Assembly: GCA_022601255.1 (NCBI GenBank)
Contig: JAHZIV010000038.1
Coordinates: 16,959-80,958 of the forward strand
Direction of reading: 5' to 3'
DNA length: 64,000 nucleotides
DNA from: Gammaproteobacteria bacterium
GTDB taxonomy: Bacteria > Pseudomonadota > Gammaproteobacteria > Coxiellales > Coxiellaceae
Of the stretch, positions 36,311-48,370 are shown in pieces. The notes beneath the pieces are model-generated. The model had not been told where the DNA came from. It saw only the letters and a list, made by a program, of their open reading frames with translations, and did no database searches. Each line of letters starts with the position of its first letter. Positions within the stretch are counted from its first letter, which is position 1. The position numbers and the translations under genes are program-made.

Positions 36311-38109
36311 GAATATACCTCTGCTGGTTCAAATACATACGCATCTTTATACATGGATTTAAGTTGATCTTTTTTATACTCGCGTTGGCATAATTTTCTT
36401 TGTAACTTTCCACTGGTGGTTTTAGGAAGCCGCCCTCTTGGCAACAACACGACCGCTGCAACCGTTAGCTGATGTCCACGCAATATCGCCGCTTGGATAT
36501 CTTGCGCAACACGTTCAAATATTTTTTCATCCGTGCTGCGTTGCAACTCAGTCACCACAACCAACTCTTCCTGTTGCTCCATCTCATGTGAAAAGGCAAT
36601 GGCGTTACACCCCTGTAAAGCAGCATCTGCCTGCAATGCACTCTCCTCAATATCTTGCGGATAGTGATTTTCGCCATTGATAATGATGGTTTCCTTGCTG
36701 CGGCCAGCGATATAAAGTTCATCCTGAAATATAAAACCCAGATCACCCGTGCGTAAATAAAAATGATCGGGCTGGTTATTAATGGTGGCTTGACACTCAG
36801 TCTTATTGATATCAGGCTTGTTCCAATAACCCTGACACACAGAAGGCCCTCCGATCCATACCTCACCGGTTTCACCCATAGCACATTCATCCAGCGTCTC
36901 TGGATTTACTATTTTTGTGGTTACTAGCGGCTTGCCGCAGCTTACCATTTCATGCTGCGGTGTATTATTTTGATGGGTAACGGCTTTACCCAATTTAAAC
37001 TGTTCTGCATTAAAGTTTTCTATACGCAAGCCTTCACTGCAGCTGACAAACAATGTTGCCTCTGCCAATCCATACGAACAATGTAATTGTTCTGGCTTAA
37101 ACCCACAGGCTGAAAAGCATTCAACAAAACGTCGCATCGTCGTTGGACGAATCGGTTCGGCGCCACAGATAGCAATATTCCAATGAGATAAATCTAATTG
37201 TGCACGCTGCTCTTCTGTAATGCGCTCACTGCAGAAACGATAAGCGAAATTAGGCGCAGTCGACGAAAAAGCCTTATAATCACTGATCGCCTGCAACCAA
37301 CGAATCGGCTTAAATAGAAAGTTGATCGGCGACATCACAACACCGTGCCCACCAATGTATAACATCAGAAGTATCGTGCCGATCAACCCCATATCATGTG
37401 TCACTGGCAACCACGTTACCGTCACATTATTTTCATCCAGCTTATACGCCTGCTGCATCAACGCCATATTATCTATCAGGCTAGAGTGGCGCACCATCAC
37501 ACCTTTTGGTGAACCGGTCGAACCTGACGTGTATTGTAAAAACATCACATCGTTTGCATTAATGTTCGACATAAACGGTACTGTATATTCGATTGTTTCA
37601 ACCAATTCTGTATTAATTGCATGACAACCTGAATGAATGCCTGTAAAAGAGTCCGCCAGTTTTTGTAAGAACGGCTGCTCTACCATATTAGGCTGTGCTA
37701 ACAAACGTTCAATTTTTTTAGTGACTTTATTTTCTGATAACACCACTGAGGGCTCACAATCATCAAAAATACTGTGTAATTTTTTTATCAGGCTTTTGTT
37801 CGTTGGCGGTAATGTCGGCACCGCAATAGCACCAACATAGGCGCAAGCTAAAAAAGCAGGGATAAATAAATGCTCCGATGCATACAGTAATAACACGCGA
37901 TCACCCGGCTGGGTAATTGGTAACAGTTGCTGCACAATACTCTGCACGATATGATCAAGTTCTCGATAGGTATATTCACAGTAGACTTTGTTATCATCTA
38001 CTAAAAAGGTATACGCTTTTTTGTCTGGGTGCGTTTGCGAACGGCGCTGTAAAATGTCCGCAATATCTGTAAAATTTTTGTTCATTATTTGTTCGTCATG
38101 AGTTTGCAC
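36307..38109 (-). CDS. Fatty acyl-AMP ligase (FAAL-type adenylating enzyme)
   Basis: FLQYTSGSTGSPKGVMV adenylation motif and FAAL-like N-terminus HPDKKAYTF...YRELD. 4-nt overlap with the next gene. Start uncertain (GTG 38109 or ATG 38085). Confidence 0.8.
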   Translation of the reverse strand: MQTHDEQIMNKNFTDIADILQRRSQTHPDKKAYTFLVDDNKVYCEYTYRELDHIVQSIVQQLLPITQPGDRVLLLYASEHLFIPAFLACAYVGAIAVPTLPPTNKSLIKKLHSIFDDCEPSVVLSENKVTKKIERLLAQPNMVEQPFLQKLADSFTGIHSGCHAINTELVETIEYTVPFMSNINANDVMFLQYTSGSTGSPKGVMVRHSSLIDNMALMQQAYKLDENNVTVTWLPVTHDMGLIGTILLMLYIGGHGVVMSPINFLFKPIRWLQAISDYKAFSSTAPNFAYRFCSERITEEQRAQLDLSHWNIAICGAEPIRPTTMRRFVECFSACGFKPEQLHCSYGLAEATLFVSCSEGLRIENFNAEQFKLGKAVTHQNNTPQHEMVSCGKPLVTTKIVNPETLDECAMGETGEVWIGGPSVCQGYWNKPDINKTECQATINNQPDHFYLRTGDLGFIFQDELYIAGRSKETIIINGENHYPQDIEESALQADAALQGCNAIAFSHEMEQQEELVVVTELQRSTDEKIFERVAQDIQAAILRGHQLTVAAVVLLPRGRLPKTTSGKLQRKLCQREYKKDQLKSMYKDAYVFEPAEVYS

Positions 38110-38302
38110 AAACCCTATAGAGTATCAAATGGTGGGAATATATCAAGGACGGATTATTTTGTGTTTTTTACATTATATTCAACAGGTTACGTGACATTTT
38201 CTTTCTGCCTTTGATACATCAGGACATACACTTGCTGAATCTATTGTTGCTGTCTTCCTCACGGATACCTTATAATGTTGTGCTGATAGGATAGAAAACA
38301 CC

Positions 38303-40273
38303 ATGAACCGTTTCAAAAATTTCATCTTTGGCAAACCCCAAAACCCTTTATCGGACAAAGCTTATAAATCTCTAGCGCTGCCTATTTTCTTTGCGTGGAT
38401 TGGTTTAGGTGCTGATGGTTTGTCTTCTTCCTGTTATGGTCCAGAACAATCATTCTTGGCTTTAGGCCATCATCAAGAGCTGGCATTCTGGTTAGTGATT
38501 GCGACCTCGTTAACGGTGTTCGTGATTGCCTTTGCCTACAACCATGTGATTCGCCTGTTCCCAAATGGTGGTGGTGGTTATAAAGTCGCGACTTATTTAC
38601 TCGGTCCGTATGCCGGTCTCGTTGCAGGTGTTGCATTGATCCTCGATTATATTTTGACGATTGCCATTTCAATTGCCAGTGCTTCGAATGCTATTTTTAG
38701 TATTTTCAGTTTTCATTCGTCGGGAATTAAACAGTTAGTGGATGCCATCGCTATTTTTATTTTAATCTTTATTAATATGCGTGGCATGAAAGAGTCCATC
38801 AAGGTGTTGATGGTAGTTTTTGTGGGTTTTGTAATAATTCATGCAGCGATAATTGCCTATGGCGTTACTTTACACGCAGGCAATTTCCCCAGCGTTTACC
38901 ACAGTGCCACGGGCGCTTATTCTGGCTTGCTAAAGCAAGGAGGCATGCTGTTTGTATCGGCACTCATGCTACATGCCTATGCACAAGGTGGTGGTACTTA
39001 TACGGGTCTTGAGGCTGTTTCTAATAATGTCAACACGCTTGCGGAGCCACGCATCAAGACGGGCAAATGGACGATGTTTTACATGGCATTATCTTTGAGC
39101 ATCATGGCTGGCGGTATTTTATTTCTGTATCTGCTGTGGCATGTACACCCCGTCCAAGGGCAGACGTTGAATGCCGTGGTGTTTAGAGAAATCTTTCCTG
39201 CTTCTGCGACAGGCAATGCTGTTGTAACAATCGCATTATTGTTTGAGGCAGGGTTATTATTTGTGGCGGCAAACACCGGATTCTTGGGTGGGCCTGCCGT
39301 ACTGTCCAACATGGCAATCGATCAATGGATACCAAAATCTTTTTTAAACATTTCTAGCCGACTGGTCAAGCAGAATGGTGTCTTGTTATTGGGTATTGCG
39401 GCATTAATGATTATCTTTATTACCAACGGCCACGTTAAAACACTCATTATCATTTATAGCTTGTGTGTATTTCTTGCCTTTACAGCAGCCCTAGCGGGTC
39501 TCGTACGGCATTATGCAATCGAGCTTAAGCAACATAAAATTACACACGCTAAGAAAATAATGAAAACACTCTTTGATATGGGGCTTATTATTTTAGGTGT
39601 TTTGATTTGTGCCGTAATTTTCTTGTTTATCCTGGTCAATAGTTTCTTCCATGGCGCCTGGATTGCAACCTTATTGATTGGCTTATTATTATATTTTTGT
39701 TGGTATGTTCATAAGTCTTACCACGAGAGTAATTGCATGATGGCGAAGCTGGATGAAGAACTCTGCCAGCCACTTTCGGGCAAGCCCATTGAAGACCTTA
39801 TATGTGAACCGAATAAACCTACCGCAGTCATCTTCATTGGTAACTCGCCCGGTGTTGGCATGCACACGCTGCTAAACATTCGCCGCATGTTTAAGAATCA
39901 CTATAAAAACTTTGTGTTTGTGAAAGTAGGAGTGATTGATTCCAAGTCTGCGATCGGCACCGACAAAATTAAGCGCATGCGCAACACCAGTGTTGATGAT
40001 CTTGAGTATTTCACCGATTTTTGCAAACAACATAATATGCCTGCTGAATATTACTTTGAATTATCTGTCGATGTGATGGATGCTATTGAAAAAATTGTTA
40101 ATGAAATTAATAAGCGCTACACAGACACCACTTATTTTGCCAGCCAACTTATCTTCCCAAGCAACAAATGGGCACAAAAAATATTACATAACAAGACAGC
40201 CCTATCAATTCAACGACAACTCTACTCGATGGGCTTTAATATGATGATACTACCCGTGAAGATACATGGTTAA
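38303..40273 (+). CDS. APC-superfamily permease with a ~180-aa cytoplasmic C-terminal domain
   Basis: About 12 or more TM segments. N-terminus GLGADGLSSSCYGPEQ typical of amino-acid/polyamine permease-like proteins. Confidence 0.7.
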   Translation: MNRFKNFIFGKPQNPLSDKAYKSLALPIFFAWIGLGADGLSSSCYGPEQSFLALGHHQELAFWLVIATSLTVFVIAFAYNHVIRLFPNGGGGYKVATYLLGPYAGLVAGVALILDYILTIAISIASASNAIFSIFSFHSSGIKQLVDAIAIFILIFINMRGMKESIKVLMVVFVGFVIIHAAIIAYGVTLHAGNFPSVYHSATGAYSGLLKQGGMLFVSALMLHAYAQGGGTYTGLEAVSNNVNTLAEPRIKTGKWTMFYMALSLSIMAGGILFLYLLWHVHPVQGQTLNAVVFREIFPASATGNAVVTIALLFEAGLLFVAANTGFLGGPAVLSNMAIDQWIPKSFLNISSRLVKQNGVLLLGIAALMIIFITNGHVKTLIIIYSLCVFLAFTAALAGLVRHYAIELKQHKITHAKKIMKTLFDMGLIILGVLICAVIFLFILVNSFFHGAWIATLLIGLLLYFCWYVHKSYHESNCMMAKLDEELCQPLSGKPIEDLICEPNKPTAVIFIGNSPGVGMHTLLNIRRMFKNHYKNFVFVKVGVIDSKSAIGTDKIKRMRNTSVDDLEYFTDFCKQHNMPAEYYFELSVDVMDAIEKIVNEINKRYTDTTYFASQLIFPSNKWAQKILHNKTALSIQRQLYSMGFNMMILPVKIHG

Positions 40274-40835
40274 TATTAGTAAAGTATATACAAAAACAGG
40301 TGATGATGGTTCTACCAGCTTAGCCGCTAATCGGCGTGTACGAAAAGACTCCGATCGTATTGCCGTAATAGGCAATGTGGATGAGTTAAACTCTGCTGTC
40401 GGATTTGCAGCACAAGCGATGAAAGATCACAGCGAGCTTGGAGCACTGCACGATCAGTGTCTCGTGCGTCAACAACAACTTTTTAATTTAGGCGCGCAGT
40501 TGTGTGTGATGTTGGACGATCGACGTGAAGACACACCGTTGATTGTTGCTGAAAACATTAATGCACTTGAAACTGAAATTGATAGCATGAATAAATCATT
40601 GCCAAAATTAAAATCTTTTATTCTACCGGGCGGTGGCGAAGTTGCAGTGCGCTTGCATTTGGCGCGTGCCGTGTGCCGACGCGCAGAACGTTCGTGTGTA
40701 GCGCTAGGCCATGAAGAGCCTTTAGATGGTGTTGAAATACCGTACCTAAACCGCTTGAGCGACTGGCTGTTTGTGGCGGCGCGTTATGCGGCTCATATGG
40801 AAAGTGAGGGCGAACTGCTATGGGAACATCAATAA
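40266..40835 (+). CDS. PduO-type ATP:cob(I)alamin adenosyltransferase
   Basis: N-terminus KVYTKTGDDGSTSL and later ILPGG...LARAVCRRAER. Confidence 0.85.
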   Translation: MVNISKVYTKTGDDGSTSLAANRRVRKDSDRIAVIGNVDELNSAVGFAAQAMKDHSELGALHDQCLVRQQQLFNLGAQLCVMLDDRREDTPLIVAENINALETEIDSMNKSLPKLKSFILPGGGEVAVRLHLARAVCRRAERSCVALGHEEPLDGVEIPYLNRLSDWLFVAARYAAHMESEGELLWEHQ

Positions 40836-41542
40836 AACATTTATTTCGTTTACTGCCTTTGCTTCTGGTTGTCATGACCATTACTTTGGTATTTCACTTT
40901 GGCTTGGACCATTATTTAAGTTTTGAATCAATTAAAACACATAAGGCATTATTACACAGTTGGATTAACCAACATTATTTGTCTTTTGTTTTATTGTTTA
41001 TGTTAACCTATATTGTCAGCGTAGCACTTTCTATTCCAGGCGCTGTTTTCCTAACGCTCACCGCTGGGTTTTTATTTGGCGCTGTATTGGGAACCGTGTA
41101 TGTCGTGATTAGCGCAACCATTGGTGCAACGGGTATCTTTCTCATCGTACAATTTTCCATTGGCAAGTTTCTTGCAGAAAGAAGTGGTAAATGGGTTACT
41201 AAGATGCGGGAAGGATTTCAAGTTAATGCTTTGCAATATTTGCTGTTCTTGCGTTTAGTGCCTTTGTTTCCATTCCCTGTTGTTAATGTTGTCCCCGGTA
41301 TTTTAAACGTCAGAACGTCTACTTATATTATTGGCACTTTTTTTGGCATTATACCCGGCTCCTTTGTCTACTGTTGGCTGGGGCATGGTTTAGGTTATGC
41401 CTTCTCTACAGGAACAGCGCCAAATTTATCAGTTATCTTTGAGCCACAAATATTATGGCCGATTCTTGGGTTAGCTGCACTGTCATTGATCCCCATTGCT
41501 TATAAGCGTTTAAAAAGGAGGTCTCAAACCAAATTAATATAA
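40820..41542 (+). CDS. TVP38/TMEM64 (DedA-related) family membrane protein
   Basis: SNARE-associated-type motif FLRLVPLFPF and multi-TM profile. Confidence 0.75.
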   Translation: MGTSIKHLFRLLPLLLVVMTITLVFHFGLDHYLSFESIKTHKALLHSWINQHYLSFVLLFMLTYIVSVALSIPGAVFLTLTAGFLFGAVLGTVYVVISATIGATGIFLIVQFSIGKFLAERSGKWVTKMREGFQVNALQYLLFLRLVPLFPFPVVNVVPGILNVRTSTYIIGTFFGIIPGSFVYCWLGHGLGYAFSTGTAPNLSVIFEPQILWPILGLAALSLIPIAYKRLKRRSQTKLI

Positions 41543-41869
41543 TTTATCGTTTACAATATCCAAACAAATCTCATCATACTGATCCAAATCTTCATTTTCT
41601 TTTTTGATCATCTGCATTTTGCTAATGGCCTCACAGACTTCCTCTGGAAATTCATTGTTTGAAGCATCATCGCTTGACCAAGAAGCATCGCGCGTTATTT
41701 TGTCAGGCCAACGAGAATATGCCACCCACAAGTCATTTTCGCCTTTATGCAAACAAGAGCCAATGGCTCCTCTGTGTTTGATAAAATAGTCCGTGATAAT
41801 ATCCCAATATTCTTTATAAGCATTTTCTTGATGAGACTTTAATTTAAATCGATAAATAACTGCAAACAT
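41534..41869 (-). CDS. Small ABM-like (antibiotic biosynthesis monooxygenase fold) protein
   Basis: 111 aa. MFAVIYRFKLK...AYSRW pattern. AGGAG SD. Weak assignment. Confidence 0.45.
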   Translation of the reverse strand: MFAVIYRFKLKSHQENAYKEYWDIITDYFIKHRGAIGSCLHKGENDLWVAYSRWPDKITRDASWSSDDASNNEFPEEVCEAISKMQMIKKENEDLDQYDEICLDIVNDKLY

Positions 41870-42065
41870 GTGTGCTCCTAATATTATCGCTCATTATTAA
41901 TCTCATAAATCTGATGTAATAACCCATTAAAGTCAGCATCAAATGTATGTTTCACCCCTGATTCAATAGCAACTTTCTGTTGTGTTTCATAAGGCCATTA
42001 TAGCCATAAAAACGGCATTTTTTACACTTTTATTGATTAAATAAGGCCTCGGGCTTGCCTGATAT

Positions 42066-43874
42066 TTATCTTGGTCTCGGCCCAGCCGCATCATCGCCCC
42101 TAGCATAATATTGTGCAACTCTATTGTCTCCAATCAAGTCTCTCACACTAGGCACTTGGGCCCAAATACTATAAAGCAATGCTCTCGCTTCATTTACAAC
42201 TTCGCGCAACGGCAGTGCTGCTGGCTCTACAACTGCAGCTTCTTGCTGAACAACCTCTACTGTAGGAGCACCCTCTGTGAAGTGTATCCTTCTACCATTG
42301 ATGATAACTTCCTCGCCCACTCTAACAACTGTTTCATTCAAAGTCACAGGATGGTCGTAAACAGATACAAACTCACTATTAACTGCTTCAACCGCTCGCC
42401 TAAACTCTATCAACGTTCTTGGATTAACAACTTGCTCCATATGATCATAAAGCTCATTAAGCTGCGATGCATCTTGTAATGCTCGATACGTTCCACCTGT
42501 GGTTGCAGCAAACTGTTGACACAACTCAGGGGAATGGTGTGGCCCCAACCCTAATGTAAACATCTGTGGCGTGACGCGATTTCCCGCTCGCAATTGTCTC
42601 TCTAATGTGCCCTTATGCTCTTCAGTCCTTACATTGTCGCCACCATCTGTGGTCATGATTAAGCTCACATTATGCTGCGCAGGGTCATAACTAGAAAGTG
42701 TTGCATGCCGCAATAACTGAAGCATCGTTCCATAAATCATCGTATTTCCGCCATCACAACCAAGTGCGCTTATATAACTGGATATACCTGCTTCATCAGA
42801 TAGGGAGAATGTAGCCAGCGTAAGGTCTTTCTCTTCAGAAAAAGGCACCAAAATAAGTCGGGCACCGTCACCACATTTTTCTCTTAATTCAGATACCATT
42901 TTTTTAAGTTCAGAAATATATTTGTCTCGCTGATTTTTCATACTACCACTATCATCAATCATCATAATGATTGTTGGAGAAATAGCCTGACTAAAAGGCG
43001 AAGGCAAAAGCACTGGGTTTGCTTCGTCTGTAGTGCCATCCACTAACTGCATCATAACTCCATCTGAGAACACCTGACGTAAATACGCAATCAAATGTTT
43101 TTTATCGATGCCTAAAACGCTCGTATCTCCAGGCTGAGTCTTCTCTAACGTGATTTCAGGCGGGCACAATAATTGGTGCATCAATTGATAGTCACAAAAT
43201 AAGCGTGTCTCTCCACCCTCTTCAATAAAACCAAAACAACGCTTAAATAACTCTGGATCTACCGCATGTATTTTTGTTCCCTCACCCTGCTGTTGAGGTT
43301 CTTGCATAAAAGGCACGTCACTCAGATAAATCTCTCGCAGTTGATGTAGTGGCATTTGAGCAACTCGCTGTGCTGTTGCTTCAATCCAATCAACCCAGAT
43401 AGTTTTTTCTGCTCCCGAAATGGAATTTGTAGAAAGCAACACTGGGCCCTCATTAAACTTTTCTTCCCAAGTGACACTGATGCCAGGCAATAAATCTAAC
43501 CTTTCACCTAAAAATTGCTGCAATCTCGCCAAGCCTTCTCCCTCTCTGGGTGCTGGAGGCATTTCATCTGGATACTGTACACGGTACGTCTGTGCAGCCG
43601 CTCCGTCTTCTTCTGTGTGTAATGTCACCCCTAAAGATGCAAGCAAGTTTTCAGGAGTTTTCAACCCGTTTATTAACCGTTCTTTGGCCGCTTGAAGTTG
43701 GCCATGGTCTTCTGAAATAATAATGATTTCTTTATCAGTCACCTCAAAACGAGCATTGTCAAGTTCGGGTATCAAGTTTAAATGTCTGAGTATGTCGTGC
43801 CAGGCCTGTGAAGATGGCGAAGATTCTGTATCGAGTGGTGCTGGTGCAGCAGCAGCTGCTTCTAATTGTGGCAT
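42066..43874 (-). CDS. Orphan 602-aa protein with a C-terminal-half von Willebrand factor A domain
   Basis: MIDAS DxSxS IIMMIDDSGSM (nt 42942-42956) and downstream MTTDGGDN. The N-terminal ~300 aa are unassigned. Ala/Pro-rich termini. Confidence 0.7.
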   Translation of the reverse strand: MPQLEAAAAAPAPLDTESSPSSQAWHDILRHLNLIPELDNARFEVTDKEIIIISEDHGQLQAAKERLINGLKTPENLLASLGVTLHTEEDGAAAQTYRVQYPDEMPPAPREGEGLARLQQFLGERLDLLPGISVTWEEKFNEGPVLLSTNSISGAEKTIWVDWIEATAQRVAQMPLHQLREIYLSDVPFMQEPQQQGEGTKIHAVDPELFKRCFGFIEEGGETRLFCDYQLMHQLLCPPEITLEKTQPGDTSVLGIDKKHLIAYLRQVFSDGVMMQLVDGTTDEANPVLLPSPFSQAISPTIIMMIDDSGSMKNQRDKYISELKKMVSELREKCGDGARLILVPFSEEKDLTLATFSLSDEAGISSYISALGCDGGNTMIYGTMLQLLRHATLSSYDPAQHNVSLIMTTDGGDNVRTEEHKGTLERQLRAGNRVTPQMFTLGLGPHHSPELCQQFAATTGGTYRALQDASQLNELYDHMEQVVNPRTLIEFRRAVEAVNSEFVSVYDHPVTLNETVVRVGEEVIINGRRIHFTEGAPTVEVVQQEAAVVEPAALPLREVVNEARALLYSIWAQVPSVRDLIGDNRVAQYYARGDDAAGPRPR

Positions 43875-44012
43875 AATAATTCTCCCTTTATTGTCGTCCT
43901 AAGTTTGATGTGATTCTAACGGTATCTTTTACCATAAGTCAATTGCTAATGTTGACCTCAATACTTTTATCTACTAGTCTGTCAAAATATTATTCTAGGT
44001 TAGGAGACTCAT

Positions 44013-44492
44013 ATGACAGCTTCAAGACTCACTGAGAAGCAAAAGTTTATTTTAGGCGCCACGATGGTATTGTGTGTGTTTGCCTGTGCTTGTAGTGCTA
44101 ACGATAAAGTGGTTATTGCAATAGACCCAAAACGTTGCAGAGAACTTGTTAGGAATTATATTGAGGGGACACCTTCCGCACTTCCCCTTCCTTCTGACTC
44201 GACTGGAATTAATGGTGACTGGTACCGATATTGTAAGCGCATTCCAGTCTCTCTCTATTTATCCAAGCGAGAAGAATGTCATGAAGACTGGGGGCAAGGC
44301 TGGCTCTGGCAACAACTGAAAAACCTCTGGGATCTTTTCAATTGTCAAAACTCTCATTACTCTGACAATCAAGTGGATGCTTCACACATCAGCACTTCTT
44401 TATTCGCATCGGTTTGTAACATCGTACCTGAATGGAAAGACATCGCTGAACATGTTGCGCAATTCAATGTAAAGTGTGCACCTTATCGTTAA
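44013..44492 (+). CDS. Hypothetical exported protein or lipoprotein
   Basis: Hydrophobic N-terminus LGATMVLCVFACACSAN (lipobox-like). Cys- and Trp-rich mature part. Confidence 0.45.
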   Translation: MTASRLTEKQKFILGATMVLCVFACACSANDKVVIAIDPKRCRELVRNYIEGTPSALPLPSDSTGINGDWYRYCKRIPVSLYLSKREECHEDWGQGWLWQQLKNLWDLFNCQNSHYSDNQVDASHISTSLFASVCNIVPEWKDIAEHVAQFNVKCAPYR

Positions 44493-44529
44493 GGCAACAA
44501 AGCCTGCCTGGCAATTTTATTTATGACCA

Positions 44530-44991
44530 TCATCTTGAGAATGATTTAAATGCTTTTAATTTTGACCAGTTTGGGTATGTTAGTTCCCACAAACGATAAA
44601 TTCTATCTCCGCGATATTGGGCAATTAAAATAACTTCTATTTTTGTAGCTGCTTGCCTAGGCTCTTTTGTTGTAATAAATAATCTGGCAGCTACTTTATT
44701 ACCCTCTTGCACTAAAGTATTTTTATCAAATTTGAAACTATATTGAATAGGCGTTTTATAGATTTTTTTATGGCCCTGATAGTACTCCTGGTAATTCATT
44801 GTCTCGCCATTAGAATATAATTTGAATGTAGGATCATAATACTTCGACATCAATGAGATATTTTTCTCAACCACCATCTTATTAAACATGTTTTTTAAAT
44901 CTTGAATATGATTACTAGCCATTGCAATATTCATTGAACAAAAACAACCGAGTGTTAATATTATTTTAATAAGCCTTTTCATTAGGATCAC
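44530..44991 (-). CDS. Hypothetical secreted protein (NTF2/SnoaL-like guess)
   Basis: Signal peptide ending IAMA. 4-nt overlap with the glmU stop. Fold assignment is tentative. Confidence 0.45.
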   Translation of the reverse strand: MILMKRLIKIILTLGCFCSMNIAMASNHIQDLKNMFNKMVVEKNISLMSKYYDPTFKLYSNGETMNYQEYYQGHKKIYKTPIQYSFKFDKNTLVQEGNKVAARLFITTKEPRQAATKIEVILIAQYRGDRIYRLWELTYPNWSKLKAFKSFSR

Positions 44992-46379
44992 TCCTCAAGC
45001 TTGCGCCGTTTCTCAGCTTGCTTGGTAGGTTCTTTCCAGCTCTTGATTGCACGTTGCTCGAGATTAACCGACAATGTTAAACGATCCGCCGGTGCATCCT
45101 TAGTAATAATAGAACCCGAACCTATCGTTGCATTTTTACCTATTTTTACTGGTGCGATCAACGAGCAGTTAGACCCCACAAAAGCACCATCTGCAATCGT
45201 CGTCGGCCATTTATTCACACCATCATAATTACACGTAATCACACCCGCGCCAACGTTAACACTCTTACCGACCGTGCTATCACCCATGTAAGTTAAATGA
45301 TTTACCTTAGAGCCTTTACCAATGCGCGTCTTTTTAATTTCAACAAAGTTACCAATCTGTGCTTGTTTCTCAAGCACCGTGCCGGGACGCAGCCTTGCAA
45401 ACGGACCAACAACACAATCGTCTCCCACTTTTGCGCCTTCTAATACAGAGTTTGCTTTAATTTCTACATCACGACCGATCGTCACATCTTTCAACACAAC
45501 ACCCGGACCAATAATACAACCATTGCCAATCTCAACGTTGCCTTCCATCACAACATTGACATCTAAAATCACATCTTTACCAACCTTAACCTGACCGCGC
45601 ACATCTAAACGCGCAGGATCCCGTACCGTCACACCCGAGTACGCCAATAGTTTTGCCTGCGTTTCTTGAAAATAACGCTCAAGATGCGCTTGCTCCCAAC
45701 GATCATTGACGCCCTGCACTTCTTCATGACAATGTGCCATCACACCACCAACTGGATGACCATCATCTACGGCTAAGGCCACGATATCTGTTAAATAATA
45801 TTCGCCTTGCTTGTTTTCTTTTTTAAGTTTTGGTAACCACTCTTTTAAGTGCTTGGCAGAGGTGGTTAAAATACCCGTATTAATTTCTTGGATCTTTCGC
45901 TGCGTCGGCGTTGCATCTTTATGCTCAACAATCGCCGTGATATTACCCATTTCATTACGAATAATTCGACCAAAGCCCGCTGGATCTTCTAACTCAGTAA
46001 CCACCAGACCCAAACCATTGTGCGGTGTATCGCGTTTCAACTGACGTAGTGTACGAATCGAAATTAAAGGCACATCGCCGTACAACACCAATATTTGATC
46101 TTTCGCGTTACAAAATGGCAACGCCTTTGAAACTGCATGGCCAGTACCGAGCTGCTCATCTTGTTTTACCCAGTTAACGGGAAGATGTTGCAATGTTGTA
46201 GGAACTAATTCTCCACCGTTACCATAGATAACATGGATCGCTTCGGGCTTCATCGACTGCGCCGTCATCACAACACGTTCCAACATCGACACGCCGCCAA
46301 TGCAATGTAATATCTTCGGCGCCTCCGATGCCATGCGTTTACCACTACCCGCTGCGAGTATAACGATGTGCAATCCCAT
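44988..46379 (-). CDS. glmU: Bifunctional UDP-N-acetylglucosamine pyrophosphorylase / GlcN-1-P acetyltransferase
   Basis: N-terminus [11 protein letters not shown] and C-terminal left-handed beta-helix hexapeptide repeats. Confidence 0.9.
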   Translation of the reverse strand: MGLHIVILAAGSGKRMASEAPKILHCIGGVSMLERVVMTAQSMKPEAIHVIYGNGGELVPTTLQHLPVNWVKQDEQLGTGHAVSKALPFCNAKDQILVLYGDVPLISIRTLRQLKRDTPHNGLGLVVTELEDPAGFGRIIRNEMGNITAIVEHKDATPTQRKIQEINTGILTTSAKHLKEWLPKLKKENKQGEYYLTDIVALAVDDGHPVGGVMAHCHEEVQGVNDRWEQAHLERYFQETQAKLLAYSGVTVRDPARLDVRGQVKVGKDVILDVNVVMEGNVEIGNGCIIGPGVVLKDVTIGRDVEIKANSVLEGAKVGDDCVVGPFARLRPGTVLEKQAQIGNFVEIKKTRIGKGSKVNHLTYMGDSTVGKSVNVGAGVITCNYDGVNKWPTTIADGAFVGSNCSLIAPVKIGKNATIGSGSIITKDAPADRLTLSVNLEQRAIKSWKEPTKQAEKRRKLEE

Positions 46380-46393
46380 GATGTGCTCCTTCC

Positions 46394-48365
<1,972 letters not shown>

Positions 48366-48370
48366 GCGTC

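Noticed and set aside
38303-41542. APC permease - PduO adenosyltransferase - TVP38 overlapping gene trio as a possible novel cobalamin uptake system
   Set aside because: The overlaps (8 and 16 nt) show co-transcription. All three families are common and functionally promiscuous, and nothing in the sequence links the permease to corrinoids. This is too speculative.
41884-41997. Minus-strand reading frame WPYETQQKVAIESGVKHTFDADFNGLLHQIYEINNER* just upstream of the ABM-like gene, looking like a protein C-terminus
   Set aside because: There is no start codon. It is preceded by an in-frame TAA (MPFLWL*W...). It may be a gene remnant, but it is too short to assign, so it is not reported as a feature.
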